Position numbers and translations under genes: made by a program
Shown: piece after piece, positions 1 through 11,694 of the stretch
How positions within the stretch are numbered: the stretch's first letter is position 1
Layout: every line of letters begins with the position of its first letter
Assembly: GCF_001194135.2 (NCBI RefSeq)
Contig: NC_068990.1
Span: forward strand, 45,085,915-45,149,914
Direction of reading: 5' to 3'
DNA length: 64,000 nt
Source of the DNA: Octopus bimaculoides
Lineage: Eukaryota
Notes under the pieces: generated by a model
What the model was told of the DNA's origin: nothing
Seen by the model: only the letters and a program-made list of their open reading frames with translations
Database searches by the model: none

Positions 1-43
<43 letters not shown>

Positions 44-144
44 CATATGTGTGTAACTCATCAAAATTCACTCAACTTTTCTGAGGGGAAAAAAATAAAA
101 ATATATTATTTGGCATTATTGAAAAGAAAAACTAGATTATATAC

Positions 145-343
145 TTAGAGAAAAGTTTCAGGTCATCAGCATTGCGAGCAGCAGGCAACCGTGTAACAGC
201 ATCATATTCTTCTGGGGTGAGAATCTTCAGCAAAGAATCACGAGTACTATCTTCTAAGTGGAGTATATCAAGGGATGGAGATTTCGATAACTGAGATGAT
301 GTTGAATGAGGAATACCCAAGTTAACACTTTCATCACTGTTTA
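145..343 (-). CDS. NPRL3: NPRL3 coding exon 12 (penultimate; final exon outside the window)
   Basis: 199 nt ending ...LLKILTPEEYDAVTRLPAARNADDLKLFS(K) (human [30 protein letters not shown]). Phase-2 donor GTATAT at 144. Confidence 0.92.
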
Positions 344-1499
344 CTGAAAACATAAAAGATAAATATATATGTATATGTGTGTGTGTGTGTTGTTTAAATG
401 TACAAAAAACAAAAGACAGAGACAGATGAAGGAACAACAAGCAAGGTATATTAGTTTGAAGGTCAGGAAAAATGGAAAAGTCTTCGATGTTTCAAGCCTA
501 CACACTTCAACAGAAAAAAGAAATGGAGAGAGAGAAAAAAACGTTGGGATTAATGGTTCCACACACACAAACTCACATAAATAAATATATTAACACGCCA
601 GCATAGAACATGGACGTTAAATGATGATGATGATACTTATATTTTCTAGGACAGGAAAAATGGGAAAACAAATATTAAACAAATGAACAAATGATATAGG
701 TTGCACAAAGATGAGAGCACTCAGTTCTAAGCTAGTAGAGCATATTTATAAGTTGAGAAACCCAACATCACATAATACTTTCTCTTTTGTTCGGGGTGTT
801 CAACTTACTAAGAGTAGAGAAATGCTGAAGTTGTTAGTTTGAAATATTTATTTTATATAAATGGGGAGTAGTTCTGCCAAGTATGGTATGTTCTAAGCAG
901 GAATATATCTTCTATCTGGAGTTCTTATATTACTAAAATGTCTATGCTTTAAAAGTTTTCCACTCATTATTATGACCTGGTTTAAAATCCATATGTATCT
1001 GCATTTTTTGGTTAGAAGTTGTTGTTCTTACTTCATGTTGTTTGGCCTTATATTCTGCTTGATAAACAGAATTCAAAGGTAACCTGAGAAGCTACTGTTG
1101 TAAAGCCTTGAATATTTGTTTTTTGTGCTTTACTGTCTACAGAAGATAGCTTTGGGTTATTTTTATTTATTTTTTTTTACCAAAATGTCTTCCACAATCC
1201 TACTACACTGTGTATCAATAAATTTATGGATCTTAGTTGATTCTATTAAAATCAAGGTTTTTGTTGGGTATTTTTGAAAAACAAGCATGTGGTGCCCCAC
1301 TGCAAATGATGCACTTACATTTAAACAATGACAAATATATAAGTACCAAAAATAAAACAGGAGGAAGATACTTTCTTGCCTCAGCAAATTCCAGCACATG
1401 CAATCCCTGCCTCTACAAATGCAATTACTCCTAAATATGCATGTTTATTCTTAGCTAAGTACTTCTCTTGCAGTTGCCTGACTATGAAAATAGTGTCAG

Positions 1500-1880
1500 T
1501 AGTACTTCTTCCCTAGACAAAGCCAAACTGCATTTCATGTAGCCTAATTCTGCTCCTAATTAATTGAGCAATAATTCGTTCCATGATTTTCATCACCTGA
1601 TCTAGGAGTTTGATGTCTCTATAATTACTTTTATCTAATGCATCACCCTTACCCTTGTAGCAGCTAACAATTATGCTGCTATGCCAGTCACTGGACATTA
1701 CATCTTCCTGAATGACCTGATTAACTATACAGGTGACCAGCCCAAATCCTACCTTACTGTGATTCCAGATGGACCAAGGGCTTTCCCAGTTTTCAAGTTT
1801 TTAATTGCCTTATCTACCATACTGCTATCCACTCCCTTTATCTCAGTCATTTTCTACATTCAACAGTCTTGCATAGTAAC
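1500..1880 (-). mobile_element. RTE-clade LINE fragment (RT N-terminal part)
   Basis: DWHSSIIVSCYKGKGDALDKSNYRDIKLL...MQFGFV, typical of non-LTR RT; frameshifted upstream. Confidence 0.85.
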
Positions 1881-2124
1881 TTGTTTGTTTGTATGTGTGT
1901 GTATAAAACATATACATACATCAGAACACTACCACAACACTATCCAGTTGCACTACAACAAAGTCTGCCTGTCTGCTGCAGCTACCACTGATTTTATTCA
2001 AACAAAATGCAAGGTGATTGTGACTTTGAACCAGAGTCAACAAATCTTTTCTTTTATCAGTTAATTTGCAGCTGCTTTTAAGATTTATAAACACAAACTT
2101 CAAGCCAGACATCCAGAGAGGTGG

Positions 2125-2180
2125 GGAGAGAGCAGCTCATGGAGAGAGCAGCTCATGGAGAGAGCAGCTCATGGAGAGAG
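2125..2180. repeat. Perfect 16-bp tandem repeat, 3.5 copies
   Basis: GGAGAGAGCAGCTCAT at 2125, 2141, 2157, partial at 2173. Confidence 0.95.
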
Positions 2181-2479
2181 TGCAACTGGTGGAAAGAGAA
2201 TAAGACAGTGATGGCTATTACATCACATTCTATAAGATTAACTACTGCATGTAAAAGTTAGCTGTGTAGTCTACATCTGAGCAAAGACATGGTATATGAG
2301 GTGTATTCCAGAAGGTTTAAGACTTGTTTAGGAGAGGCAGTTATAACTGGCCTAGATTATTGTAATTTTAGTATATCATTACAATACATCTAATAAGCTG
2401 ACCTAACAATTTTGGCTATTCCAGACTGAAGGAGATGGCTGTAACAACACTTTGAACACACCCTACTAAACACTGCTTG

Positions 2480-2900
2480 TGACAGCCAACCAGTTTGCAG
2501 AAAGCAGCCAGGACATTTAGAAGCTTGATATGCAATAAAGCGTTATGCTAAACTGGGCAAAAATACTGTGGAAACTTATGAAATGCTCCATACTGCTAAT
2601 GGATGAACTTTATTGTGGGCACAAGGTTCAAGGATGGTAGGGAAGAGTTGAGATATGATGATGTGTAGAAGGGAGAGGAACATCAGAACAGCAGAGCTTG
2701 TTAAGAAAATGAACAATTTTCAAGATGAAAACTCATGTCTTTATAAAGACAATAAACATACAGATTGGAGTTGATGTGGCAACTGTACACAGAATTGCTC
2801 ATGAAAACCTGTACATGTTCAAAATTTGTGCAAAGTCTGTTCCCAGGGTACTGAGTGATGTTTATGAAACAGCTGATTGCTACAAGTGCATTTCAGTCAG
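2480..2900 (+). mobile_element. Degraded mariner transposase fragment
   Basis: YAKLGKNTVETYEMLHTA and VHRIAHENLYMFKICAKSVPRVL resemble the mariner HTH and WVPR/HxL motifs; no TIRs recognised. Confidence 0.6.
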
Positions 2901-3427
2901 AGGATCCTACTTTGAAGGAGATTTGAGGTTTGTACTTCCTTGAAATTAATAAATGTCTCTCCTGAAAAAGTCTGGAAACTTCTGGAATGCACTCTGTATC
3001 CGGTACAATAAGTTTGTGGATCAAGCCTCATTATTCATTTACTGTCTACATGCCATAGGTTTGTTCATCAAAGTTGATCTTGGCTCTACAACAGCAACAC
3101 ACATGCATGATCAAAATTCTAGACATTTAGGCAATGAGCAAATGAAGAAACCATTATATGGTCATTTCTGTGAAAATATGTAGGTCCATGGGGAAATATC
3201 TTGCTTTCAAAAAGGTGATGGTTGCCAACAGGAAAGACATCTAACCACAGAAAATCTGCCTTAATAAACTCTGCCTGACCAATGCAAGCATGAAAAAGTA
3301 AATGTTAGCATTCAACACTAAGTGTGTATGTGAATGCACAAGTACAATCATTTCTATATTTAAGAGGTGAGGAATTATGTACATTATATACAATTGACGG
3401 ATATTTGTCCTCATCTTGTTTGTTGTT

Positions 3428-3475
3428 AACACAACGTTTCGGCTGATATACCCTCCAGCCTTCGTCAGGTATCTT
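3428..3475 (-). ncRNA. Minimal type I hammerhead ribozyme motif (dimer type)
   Basis: GAUAC-CUGACGA-A-GGCUG(GAGGGUAUAU)CAGCC-GAAAC-GUU/GUGUU. Core CUGANGA and GAAA, 5-bp stem II, 5-bp stem I with two G-U pairs, palindromic AACGUU in place of a stem III loop. Activity not shown. Confidence 0.6.
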
Positions 3476-3640
3476 GGGGGAAATTTCGAACCTGGGTTCT
3501 CATTCCTAAGATATTTTTCGATGTTGTTGTTATTATTATCATAATCATTATTATTATTATTATTCAGTTCACTGCCTGGAATCGAACTCGAAATCTTGGG
3601 GTTAGTAGCTCACGCTCTTAACCACAACGCCACGGGCATA

Positions 3641-3706
3641 TAGCATAGTGGTTAAGAGCATGGGCTACTAACCCCAAGATCCCGAGTTCGATTCCAAACA
3701 GTGACC
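3641..3706 (+). pseudogene. tRNA-like SINE head (not a functional tRNA)
   Basis: A and B boxes plus an anticodon-like arm (ggg ctactaa ccc) but no proper acceptor stem; followed by an (AAT)n linker; mirrored on the other arm. Confidence 0.6.
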
Positions 3707-4477
3707 TGAATAATAATAATAATAACAACATCAAAAATACCTTAGGAATGAGAACCCAGGTTCGAAATTTCCCCAAGGCACCTAATAAAGTCTGGAGGGT
3801 ATATCAGCCGAAATGTTGTGTTAACAACAAACAAGATGAGGACAAATATCCGTCAATTGTAAATAATGTAAGTACAATCATATTTGTGAATGCATAAATG
3901 TACACACAGTCATGTGTGTGACCACATACATACACACAGATTTACATGTGTGTAATGAAAGCTTAGCATAATGCTTTGTAAAAGTATTTGTTGTCAGATT
4001 CATGAATTTATTGTACTCTTCAGTTGAAAATGAAGTTAATATAAATAATCTGCTTTCATCATTATCATCATCATCATTTAACATTCGTTCTCCATGCTGG
4101 CATGGGTTGGACAGTTTGGCCAGAGCTGACAAGCTGGGGAGCTGCACCAGACTCCAGTCTGATTTGACATGGTTTCTATGGCTGGATGCCCTTCCTAACA
4201 CTAACCACTTTACAGAGTGTGCTGGGTGCTTTTACATGGTACCACAAGGACACTTTTACGTGGTACTGCACAGGTGCTTTTACGTGGCACCACCATGAGT
4301 GCTTTATACCACCCTATTTTATAAAACATTTGAATTTTATTTTGATAGGGAAAAATAATGGTCCCTCTAGGAAAATACTAAAGGAAGCTAAACCAATCCA
4401 GCAAAAACGCCAGACTCATATGTATAGACGTGTGTGTGAGAGAGAGAGAGTTATGGCTATAGCATCACTGTTTATAC

Positions 4478-4712
4478 CTGATGCAATATCTGAAGAACTC
4501 TGAGTCCTCTCCAGCACACAGTTTTCATCAATGGTGACATCAGGGATGCTCCTCCCGAGGAGACACTGTGACAGTGGTGTGGACGACAAGAGTGAATCTG
4601 TTAGTTTCTTCTTCTTGCTCTTTTGTGTAGGCACAGACAAGAAGATGTAGGTATGGAGCTGGATCAATATCTGGTGTTGTAACATCCATACAACCAGTTT
4701 ACACTTCTGACT
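4478..4712 (-). CDS. NPRL3: NPRL3 coding exon 11
   Basis: 235 nt, SQKCKLVVWMLQHQILIQLHTYIFLSVP... (human [21 protein letters not shown]), followed by a Ser-rich linker. Phases 0/1. Confidence 0.95.
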
Positions 4713-5927
4713 CTGTAACAACAAAATGGTGGAAATGCTAAAAAGGAGGAGGAGGAAGATAAATTATTACAACAACAACAACAACAACAACAACAAACAA
4801 CAAACATTACTGTGAGCTAATGAGGGAGCTTCTAAGTGGTTTCACACCCCGCTAGAAACAGCAGTTAAATTTCTCTCAAATCACATCCTACCATCATTAA
4901 AAAAAGAAAGGATACATTGAACAGCAGAGTCCTATATAATTGATCAGACATTATCTTGTAGCTTTAAGATTTTGATAATGTAATTGTTTAGGCCATTTTG
5001 AACATAAAACAGGTAGAATATTTGGGCTTGATATAGCCAGTTCAAATGCTAAAGGATTAACAAATACGGTTTTGGTTCAGTTTCACTGAACAGCACCCTG
5101 GGTTAAGTGTCTTCTGCTCTAGCTCTGAGTTGACTAATGCCTTAAGAGTAGAATTTAGTAGACAACAAATGTATGGCAGCTCATTATGTGTGTGTGTATG
5201 TGCATGTGTTAATGTTGACGTGCATTTCACATGAAAAAGCACTGAGTTATAAGTGGCACAATTTATTGATATTCCTGTCAACAAATCCTCCAAAATTTTG
5301 CATTTTGGAAGAGATCTTTTACTTTTTCAGTCATTGAACTGTGACCAAGCTGGAATACTACCTTGAAGGGTTTGACAAGATAAATTACCTCCAGTATCTG
5401 GTACTTATTCTAGTGGTCTCCTTTGCTGAACCACTAAGTTACAAAGACATAAAGAAACCAAGCAGTGAAAGGAACAAACACAAACACACATATATGTATA
5501 GGCATATACCTGACAGGTTTCCACACAATTTCCATCTACCAAATTCACTCACAAGGCATCAGTTGGCCTGGAGTTAAAGCAGAAAACACTTGCTAAGGTG
5601 CCATGCAATAGGACTGCACCTAAAACCATGTAGTTGTAAAGCTAGCTTCTTGGTCACACAGCCATCTTTTACACCTTTAAATATAAGGCCATAGTCCATG
5701 AAAAAAAAAACGTTCTTACCTGGAAAACAGACAAAGTTTTGAACTAGGATGGACATCTGGGTGTAATATAATGCCTGAATATATGTATTTGTCTAACCCA
5801 TGCTAGCATGGAAAGATAGATGTAGAATAAATGAATGATAATGGCCAAAATAGCGATTGTTTAAATTCTTTAGGAGAAAAAAAAAAAATTTTATGATGTA
5901 AAAGATTAATTTAAAGGATGAATTTAC

Positions 5928-6057
5928 CTGTTTCTGCGATGTGTCCAGAGCATCTCGATACTCATTCATCCGAATTGGGAGGGAATATTTGGAAAGAACA
6001 ACTGGTAAACTTTCATTCGGAAAATCTCTCTCAAACAGCTCAACCAAATGTACATTG
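5928..6057 (-). CDS. NPRL3: NPRL3 coding exon 10
   Basis: 130 nt, NVHLVELFERDFPNESLPVVLSKYSLPIRMNEYRDALDTSQKQ (human [31 protein letters not shown]). Phases 2/0. Confidence 0.93.
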
Positions 6058-6721
6058 CTGCCAAAAGGAAATAGGTTCACAGAATAAACAACAGAAAATA
6101 ACATGTAAGTACACTATTTGAAGAATTAGATGTTAAATGGTAATGACAATGAAAATAAAAACATACCATAGACAAAAGCATGGCTGTATGGTTTGGAAGT
6201 TAATTTTGCAACCATGTAATACTGGTTTCAACACAAGCTGAATCTCTGTCTTTCTCTCTCCTTTCTAGGTAGCATAAATATGTATATGTGTGTACATATC
6301 ATGTATACACGATATGTGTACATTTTCTTTTATCTTTTACTTGTTTCAGTCATTAGATTGTGACCATGCTGGGGCACTGCACCTAAGAATTTTTAGTCAA
6401 ATGAACTGACCCAGTACTTCTTTTTTCAAACCTGGTACTTATTCTATTGGTCTCCTTGCCAAACCATTAACTTATGGAGATGTAAACACATCAACACCAG
6501 TTGTCAAGCAGTGTAGTGGGGGACAGATACACACATATAGATATATATATGAAGTGCTCTTTCAGTTTCCATCTGTCAAATCCACTAACAAGGCTTTAGT
6601 TGGTCCAAGGCTATATTAGAAGACATTTTTCCTAGGTGCTATGCAATGGGACTGAACTGGCAATCATGTGGTTAAGAAGCAAACTTTGTACCACACAACT
6701 GCGCAGCCACACCTGAGCCTG

Positions 6722-7320
6722 TATCATCATCATCATCGTTTAACGTCCGCTTTCCATGCTAGCATGGGTTGGACGATTTGACTGAGGACTGGTGAAACCG
6801 GATGACAACACCAGGCTCCAATCTAATTTGGCAGAGTTTCTACAGCTGGATGCCCTTCCTAACACCAACCACTCAGAGAGTGTAGTGGGTGCTTTTACAT
6901 GTCACCCGCACGAAGGCCAGTCAGGCGGTACTGGCAACGGCCACGCTCGAAATGGTGTCTTTTATGTGCCACCCGCACAAAAGCCAGTCCAGGGGCACTG
7001 GCAACGATCTCGCTCGAAAACCCTACGAAGGCCAGTCAGGCGGCACTGGCAACAGTCATGCTCAAAATGGTGCATCTTATGTGCCACCCGCACAAGAGCC
7101 AGTCCAGGGGCACTGGCAACGATCTCACTTGGCTTGCCGGGTCTTCTCATGCACAGCACATATATATCGTCGTCGTCGTTTAACGTCCGCTTTCCATGCT
7201 AGCATGGGTTGGATGACTTGACTGAGGACCGGTGAAACCAGATGGCTACACCAGGCTCCAATCCGATTTGGCAGTGTTTCCACAGCTGGATGCCCTTCCT
7301 AAGGCCAAACACTCAGAGAG
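6722..7320 (-). mobile_element. Two tandem RTE-3'UTR-type non-autonomous elements with an internal minisatellite
   Basis: Near-identical ~150 bp tails at 6724-6880 and 7166-7320 (CAT/CGT repeat, CCATGCTAGCATGG palindrome), separated by repeated units at 6890-7130. Confidence 0.75.
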
Positions 7321-7562
7321 TAAACATCAACAAAAACAAAAATGATGCTTTTAAAACCAAAAATACCCTGAACTGTATTTGTTTTACTTGAGTTGCAGAG
7401 ACAGTCCCTGGTCGCTCTTGACATTGGAAATGCAGTAAACCACTGATTGGTTTGTTGGTAAGCTGCAATCAATAACACTATTGCTCACCAAATGCAATAT
7501 TAAATTAATAAATAAATATAATTTTAAAAAATAATCTCTCAAATACAAGATAAAAGACTTAC

Positions 7563-7669
7563 CTAATTGGGTTTGTATGAGGAGACAAGACATACATATT
7601 ATTCTCACAAAGAGGGTAAATGATCATTGCTTTAGCCCAGTAAACTAAATGGCTGACCAAACGGAAAAC
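7563..7669 (-). CDS. NPRL3: NPRL3 coding exon 9
   Basis: 107 nt, [35 protein letters not shown](S) (human [30 protein letters not shown]). GTAAGT donor. Not shown in the ORF track in this frame. Confidence 0.97.
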
Positions 7670-8939
7670 CTAGTGAAAAAATACACCAATATATATTTAT
7701 TTGATAAATCAATTTATATAAAAATGTGATGCAAATGGAGAACAATTGGATATAAGAAAAGTTGAAATTTTATCTTAATCCTTTTATTTCAGGTAAAAAA
7801 ATCTCTTACCAAACCAGACATCCTCTTGTTCCCTTCATACTTTGATAAGAGGCATTTTTACACAAAATATAAAGATTATAATTTTTTTCTCAAAGTAAAA
7901 GCTCAATCTGGGTTCTTGTTCTTATTCATATTTAATTTTCATCAAACTGCATTGTTGTAGTTCTCAACATCACTGTTTTTATATTGTCTGCAATGTTTCA
8001 AGCAAATTATAACATTCTTCAATTCATGTTTGATGGAGTTTTTTTGCATCATGGTAGTGTCACTGTAGCTATTAACAAATAGCTACAGTTGAGAGTTATA
8101 ACAACCACTCTTTATTATCATTTTGTAAAATAACAATCCTTTCTACCCTATGTTGACTCCATTCACCAACCAGTTTAATTAGTGTGCAAGATGCATATTA
8201 ATGTGAGACCAGCACTATACACACACACACACACACGTATTTCATCATAAACATCTACTTCACAAAAAAAGTCATAAAGTAAATGGGAATATAACATCAT
8301 GTATAACTGTTTTAATGTTTATAGTAACTCTGTTCCATTGCCAACATGCCTTCTTACATCAAATTATTTTCTACTCAAAAAATGATCTAATATTTCAGGT
8401 TTGTTCATGAAAAATTCTAAATGTATCACAAATAATAAATAAGAGAATTAAAAACCAAGAACTATTTCATATTACAGCCTTGTCATTACTTCAATGAGTC
8501 AATGTTAGACCCTCTATGAGTCACTTGACCTATTAGAAACTATAGTCAAATCTCCCTTAAATCACACCCTGCCATCTTAAAAATGCAAGGACACATTGGT
8601 TAATATAGTCATAGATGCAAAAAGGTAACTTGCAGCTGGAACATCTTTGATCATAGGCTTGATGGATCAGAGCTGATGTAGACTAAACCACAACCACCAC
8701 CACCAATGATTCCAAAACCTTGTATTACTCATTTTACCAAATCAACATGTTTTGCAATTATATGGAGTGGTACTTAAGTTTATGCTGATCTATTAGGGTG
8801 CTTTCGTAACAATACATACTGCTTTTCTATGTTTTACATGATCACTGACAAGTAATCTATTAGGTTGGTTTTTATGATTATATACACTGGTGTTCATATT
8901 TGATATCATCATTGAAACAACAATAGGTACAGGTATGGC

Positions 8940-10010
8940 TGTCATCATCATCATCATAATCGTCATTTAACATCCACTTTCCATGCTGGTATGGATTGGA
9001 TGGTTTGACTGAGGGCTGGCAAACCAGAAGGCTGCACCAGGCTCCAATCCAATCTGGCAAAATTTCTACAGCTGGATGCCTTTCCTAACACTAACCACTC
9101 CAAGAGTGTAAAAGTGATTTTTACGTGCATCTGGCACGAGGGCCAGTCAGGTGGTACTGGCATCGACTACGCTTGAATGGTGCTTTTTACATGCCACTGG
9201 TACGGGAGCCAGTCAGGCAGCACTGGCAACAAGCACACTCGAATAGTGCTTTTTACGTGCCACCGGCACAGGACCAGTCAGCCGGCACTAGCATCGACCA
9301 CGCTCAAATGGTGCTTTTTACATGCCACTGGCATGGGACCAGTCAGGTGGCACTGGCATTGACCACACTCAAATGGTGCTTTTTATGTACCACTGGCATG
9401 GGTGCCAATCAGGCGGTACTGTCATCGGCCATGACGACTTCACTTGCCTCAACAGGTCTTCGCAAGTGCAGTATATTTCCCAGTGATTGAAGGGTACTCT
9501 TAAATTGGCTTGTTATGCTGCAATGGCATAGGCCATGGATACCATCTCACTTCGCTTGCCAGGTTTTCTCAAGAACAACATATCTCCAAAGGTCTCAGTC
9601 ACTTGTCATCGCCTTGGTGAGGCCCAACGTTTGAAGGTCATGCTTCACCACCTCATCCCAGGTCTTCCTGGGCCTACCTATTCTACAGGTTCCCTCTACT
9701 GCTAGGATATGACACTTTTTCACGCAGCTCTTCTCATCTATACACAACATATGACCATACCAGCACAGTTGTCTCTCTTGCACACCACATCTGATGCTTC
9801 TTATGTCCAACTTTCTTCACAGGGCGCTTACACTCTGTCATGTGTGCATACTGACATTACACATCCAGCAGAGCATACTAGCTTCATTCCTTGCNNNNNN
9901 NNNNTGAAGGTCATGCTTCACCACCTCATCCCAGGTCTTCCTGGGTCTACCTATACTACAGGTTCCCTCTACTGCTAGGATATGACACTTTTTCACGCAG
10001 TGACATGTAA
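8940..10010 (-). mobile_element. RTE LINE 3' end (ORF2 C-terminus, 3'UTR with ~65-bp repeat x5, ATG tail)
   Basis: DIRSIRCGVQERQLCWYGH...GRPRKTWDEVVKHDLQTLGL; same family as 22931-24966; N gap at 9895-9903. Confidence 0.85.
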
Positions 10011-11382
10011 AATGTACATATGCTGGTAACACATAAAAGACACCCATGCTGGTGACATGAAGCAGGTATCTGTGTCAGTGACACATTAAAAGTATCTGGT
10101 ACCAGCTATAGAAACTGAACCAAAACAGACTGGAGCCCAGTACAGTTCTCCAGCTTACTAGTTTAGTCAAACTGTCCAACCCATGCCAGCATGGAAAACA
10201 GACATGATGATGATTAACTAATGCCTTGTGAGTTAACTGAAAGTTAAAAGAAGTGTCCAGAAACTGTATGTAATGTAGGCACGCATGGAAGTATGTTTAC
10301 AAGTACATGTAGACAAGAGTTTATGTTGCATCTGCAAACTGATTCTTTTTAGCTAGTGGTGACGTTGTTTATGTCTCTTGTAAATAAAAAGTCCAGCAGT
10401 TCAAGTGCGTCATGGAATAAAGTACCTTTCTTGAAAAAAACAAAGCGCAGCATCAAGAATAGTATTCAGCCATAGAACACATCCAACACATGCCAACATG
10501 GAAAAAGAAATGAAACTGAAAACATTGAATGACGATGATGATGATGAGGTAAAGAAGATGATATCAAAGTTCTATCAGGATTGCTTTGTAGATACATATG
10601 ACTAGTTCTTATATTTGACATCAGCACTGGCACATATCAGTATTAGTTATCAGTTAAGGTTAAATGTATGCAACATGAATTAAGAATCATACAAAATTAA
10701 AAGGATCATAAGTAATAATTGCAAATATGTAAATAACCTAAATAGTGTACCCAACATACAAAATTGTGTAATGACTTAATGACAATGAAATACTGATTGC
10801 TTTTTCTTATTATTCAGATTAGACTAAAAGAGATGCTGAAAAATCATTACAGTAGTGATGGTCATCATCATCATCATCATCATCATCATAATTTTAATGT
10901 CCACTTTTCTTTGCTTACATGGGTTACATGGAATTTATTTGGGTCAGATTTTACATAGCTGCATGCCCTTCCTATTGCCAACCCTCACCTGTCTCTAACT
11001 AAGGTAATATTTTCCCATGACCAGACATGTCTTTGGAGAATATTGTAAATAAAGGACATTGGCTTGCAGGACAGTGACACTCATTTTACAACTATCACAC
11101 AAAGTCAAGGTGGTAGTAACAGGCACAAACACACACACAAATGGGCTTGTTTCAGTTTCTGTCTGGTTAACCTTGAAGCTATAGAGGTAGACACTTACCC
11201 AAGATGATATGCAGTTGAACAAAACCCAAAACCATGTGGTTAGGAGGCAAGCTTCTTACTACACTGCCATGCCTGTTCCTATTGGGGAAAATACCAGTGG
11301 TTAACTTGTGGAAAGTAAGTTTTAAAGTTCATGTTTGAAAGAAAATGTACCTATTTTTTAAATAATAAAGCTTGATAGAATT

Positions 11383-11694
11383 TTTTTTTTTACACGCCCT
11401 TTTAAAGCCTAGCCAGGCTCATGGACCCGGTTTCCATCGTATGTGTCCTCCCCCCCAGCTGGACAGGACGCCAGTCCATTGCAGCGTTACTCAAGAAACA
11501 GGAAGAAGAAAGAGTGAGAGAAAGTTGGGGCAAAAGAATACAACAGGGGTCACCACCATCCCCCTGCCAGAGCCTCATGGAGCTTTAGGTGTTTTTGCTC
11601 AATAAACACACACAACGCCCAATCTGGGAATCGAAACTGCGTTCCTCCGACCACGAGTCCGCTGCCCTAACAACTGGGCCATTGCGCTTCCACA
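11383..11694 (-). mobile_element. tRNA-derived SINE with an A-rich tail
   Basis: Head GTGGAAGCGCAATGGCCCAGTTG...TTTCGATTCCC on the minus strand, poly-T on plus at 11381-11391, flanking direct repeat cttgatagaatt (11371 and 11704). Confidence 0.8.

Larger units (their letters stand above)
3380..3870. mobile_element. Foldback element: two head-to-head tRNA-derived SINE-like units with Penelope-type tails
   Basis: Arms 3380-3632 and 3641-3870 are reverse complements with scattered mismatches. Right arm has an A-box-like TAGCATAGTGG and a B-box GTTCGATTCC. A direct repeat aagtacaatcat (3340-3351 and 3870-3881) may be a TSD. Confidence 0.85.

Noticed and set aside
344-390. CA/TA repeats next to NPRL3 and TSC2 splice sites as hnRNP L elements
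   Set aside because: Microsatellites are so dense in this window that proximity is expected by chance.
9630-10000. ~97-bp direct duplication of RTE sequence on both sides of the 9895-9903 gap
   Set aside because: Two copies differing by 2 nt across a tiny N gap are most simply a contig overlap or haplotype artefact.
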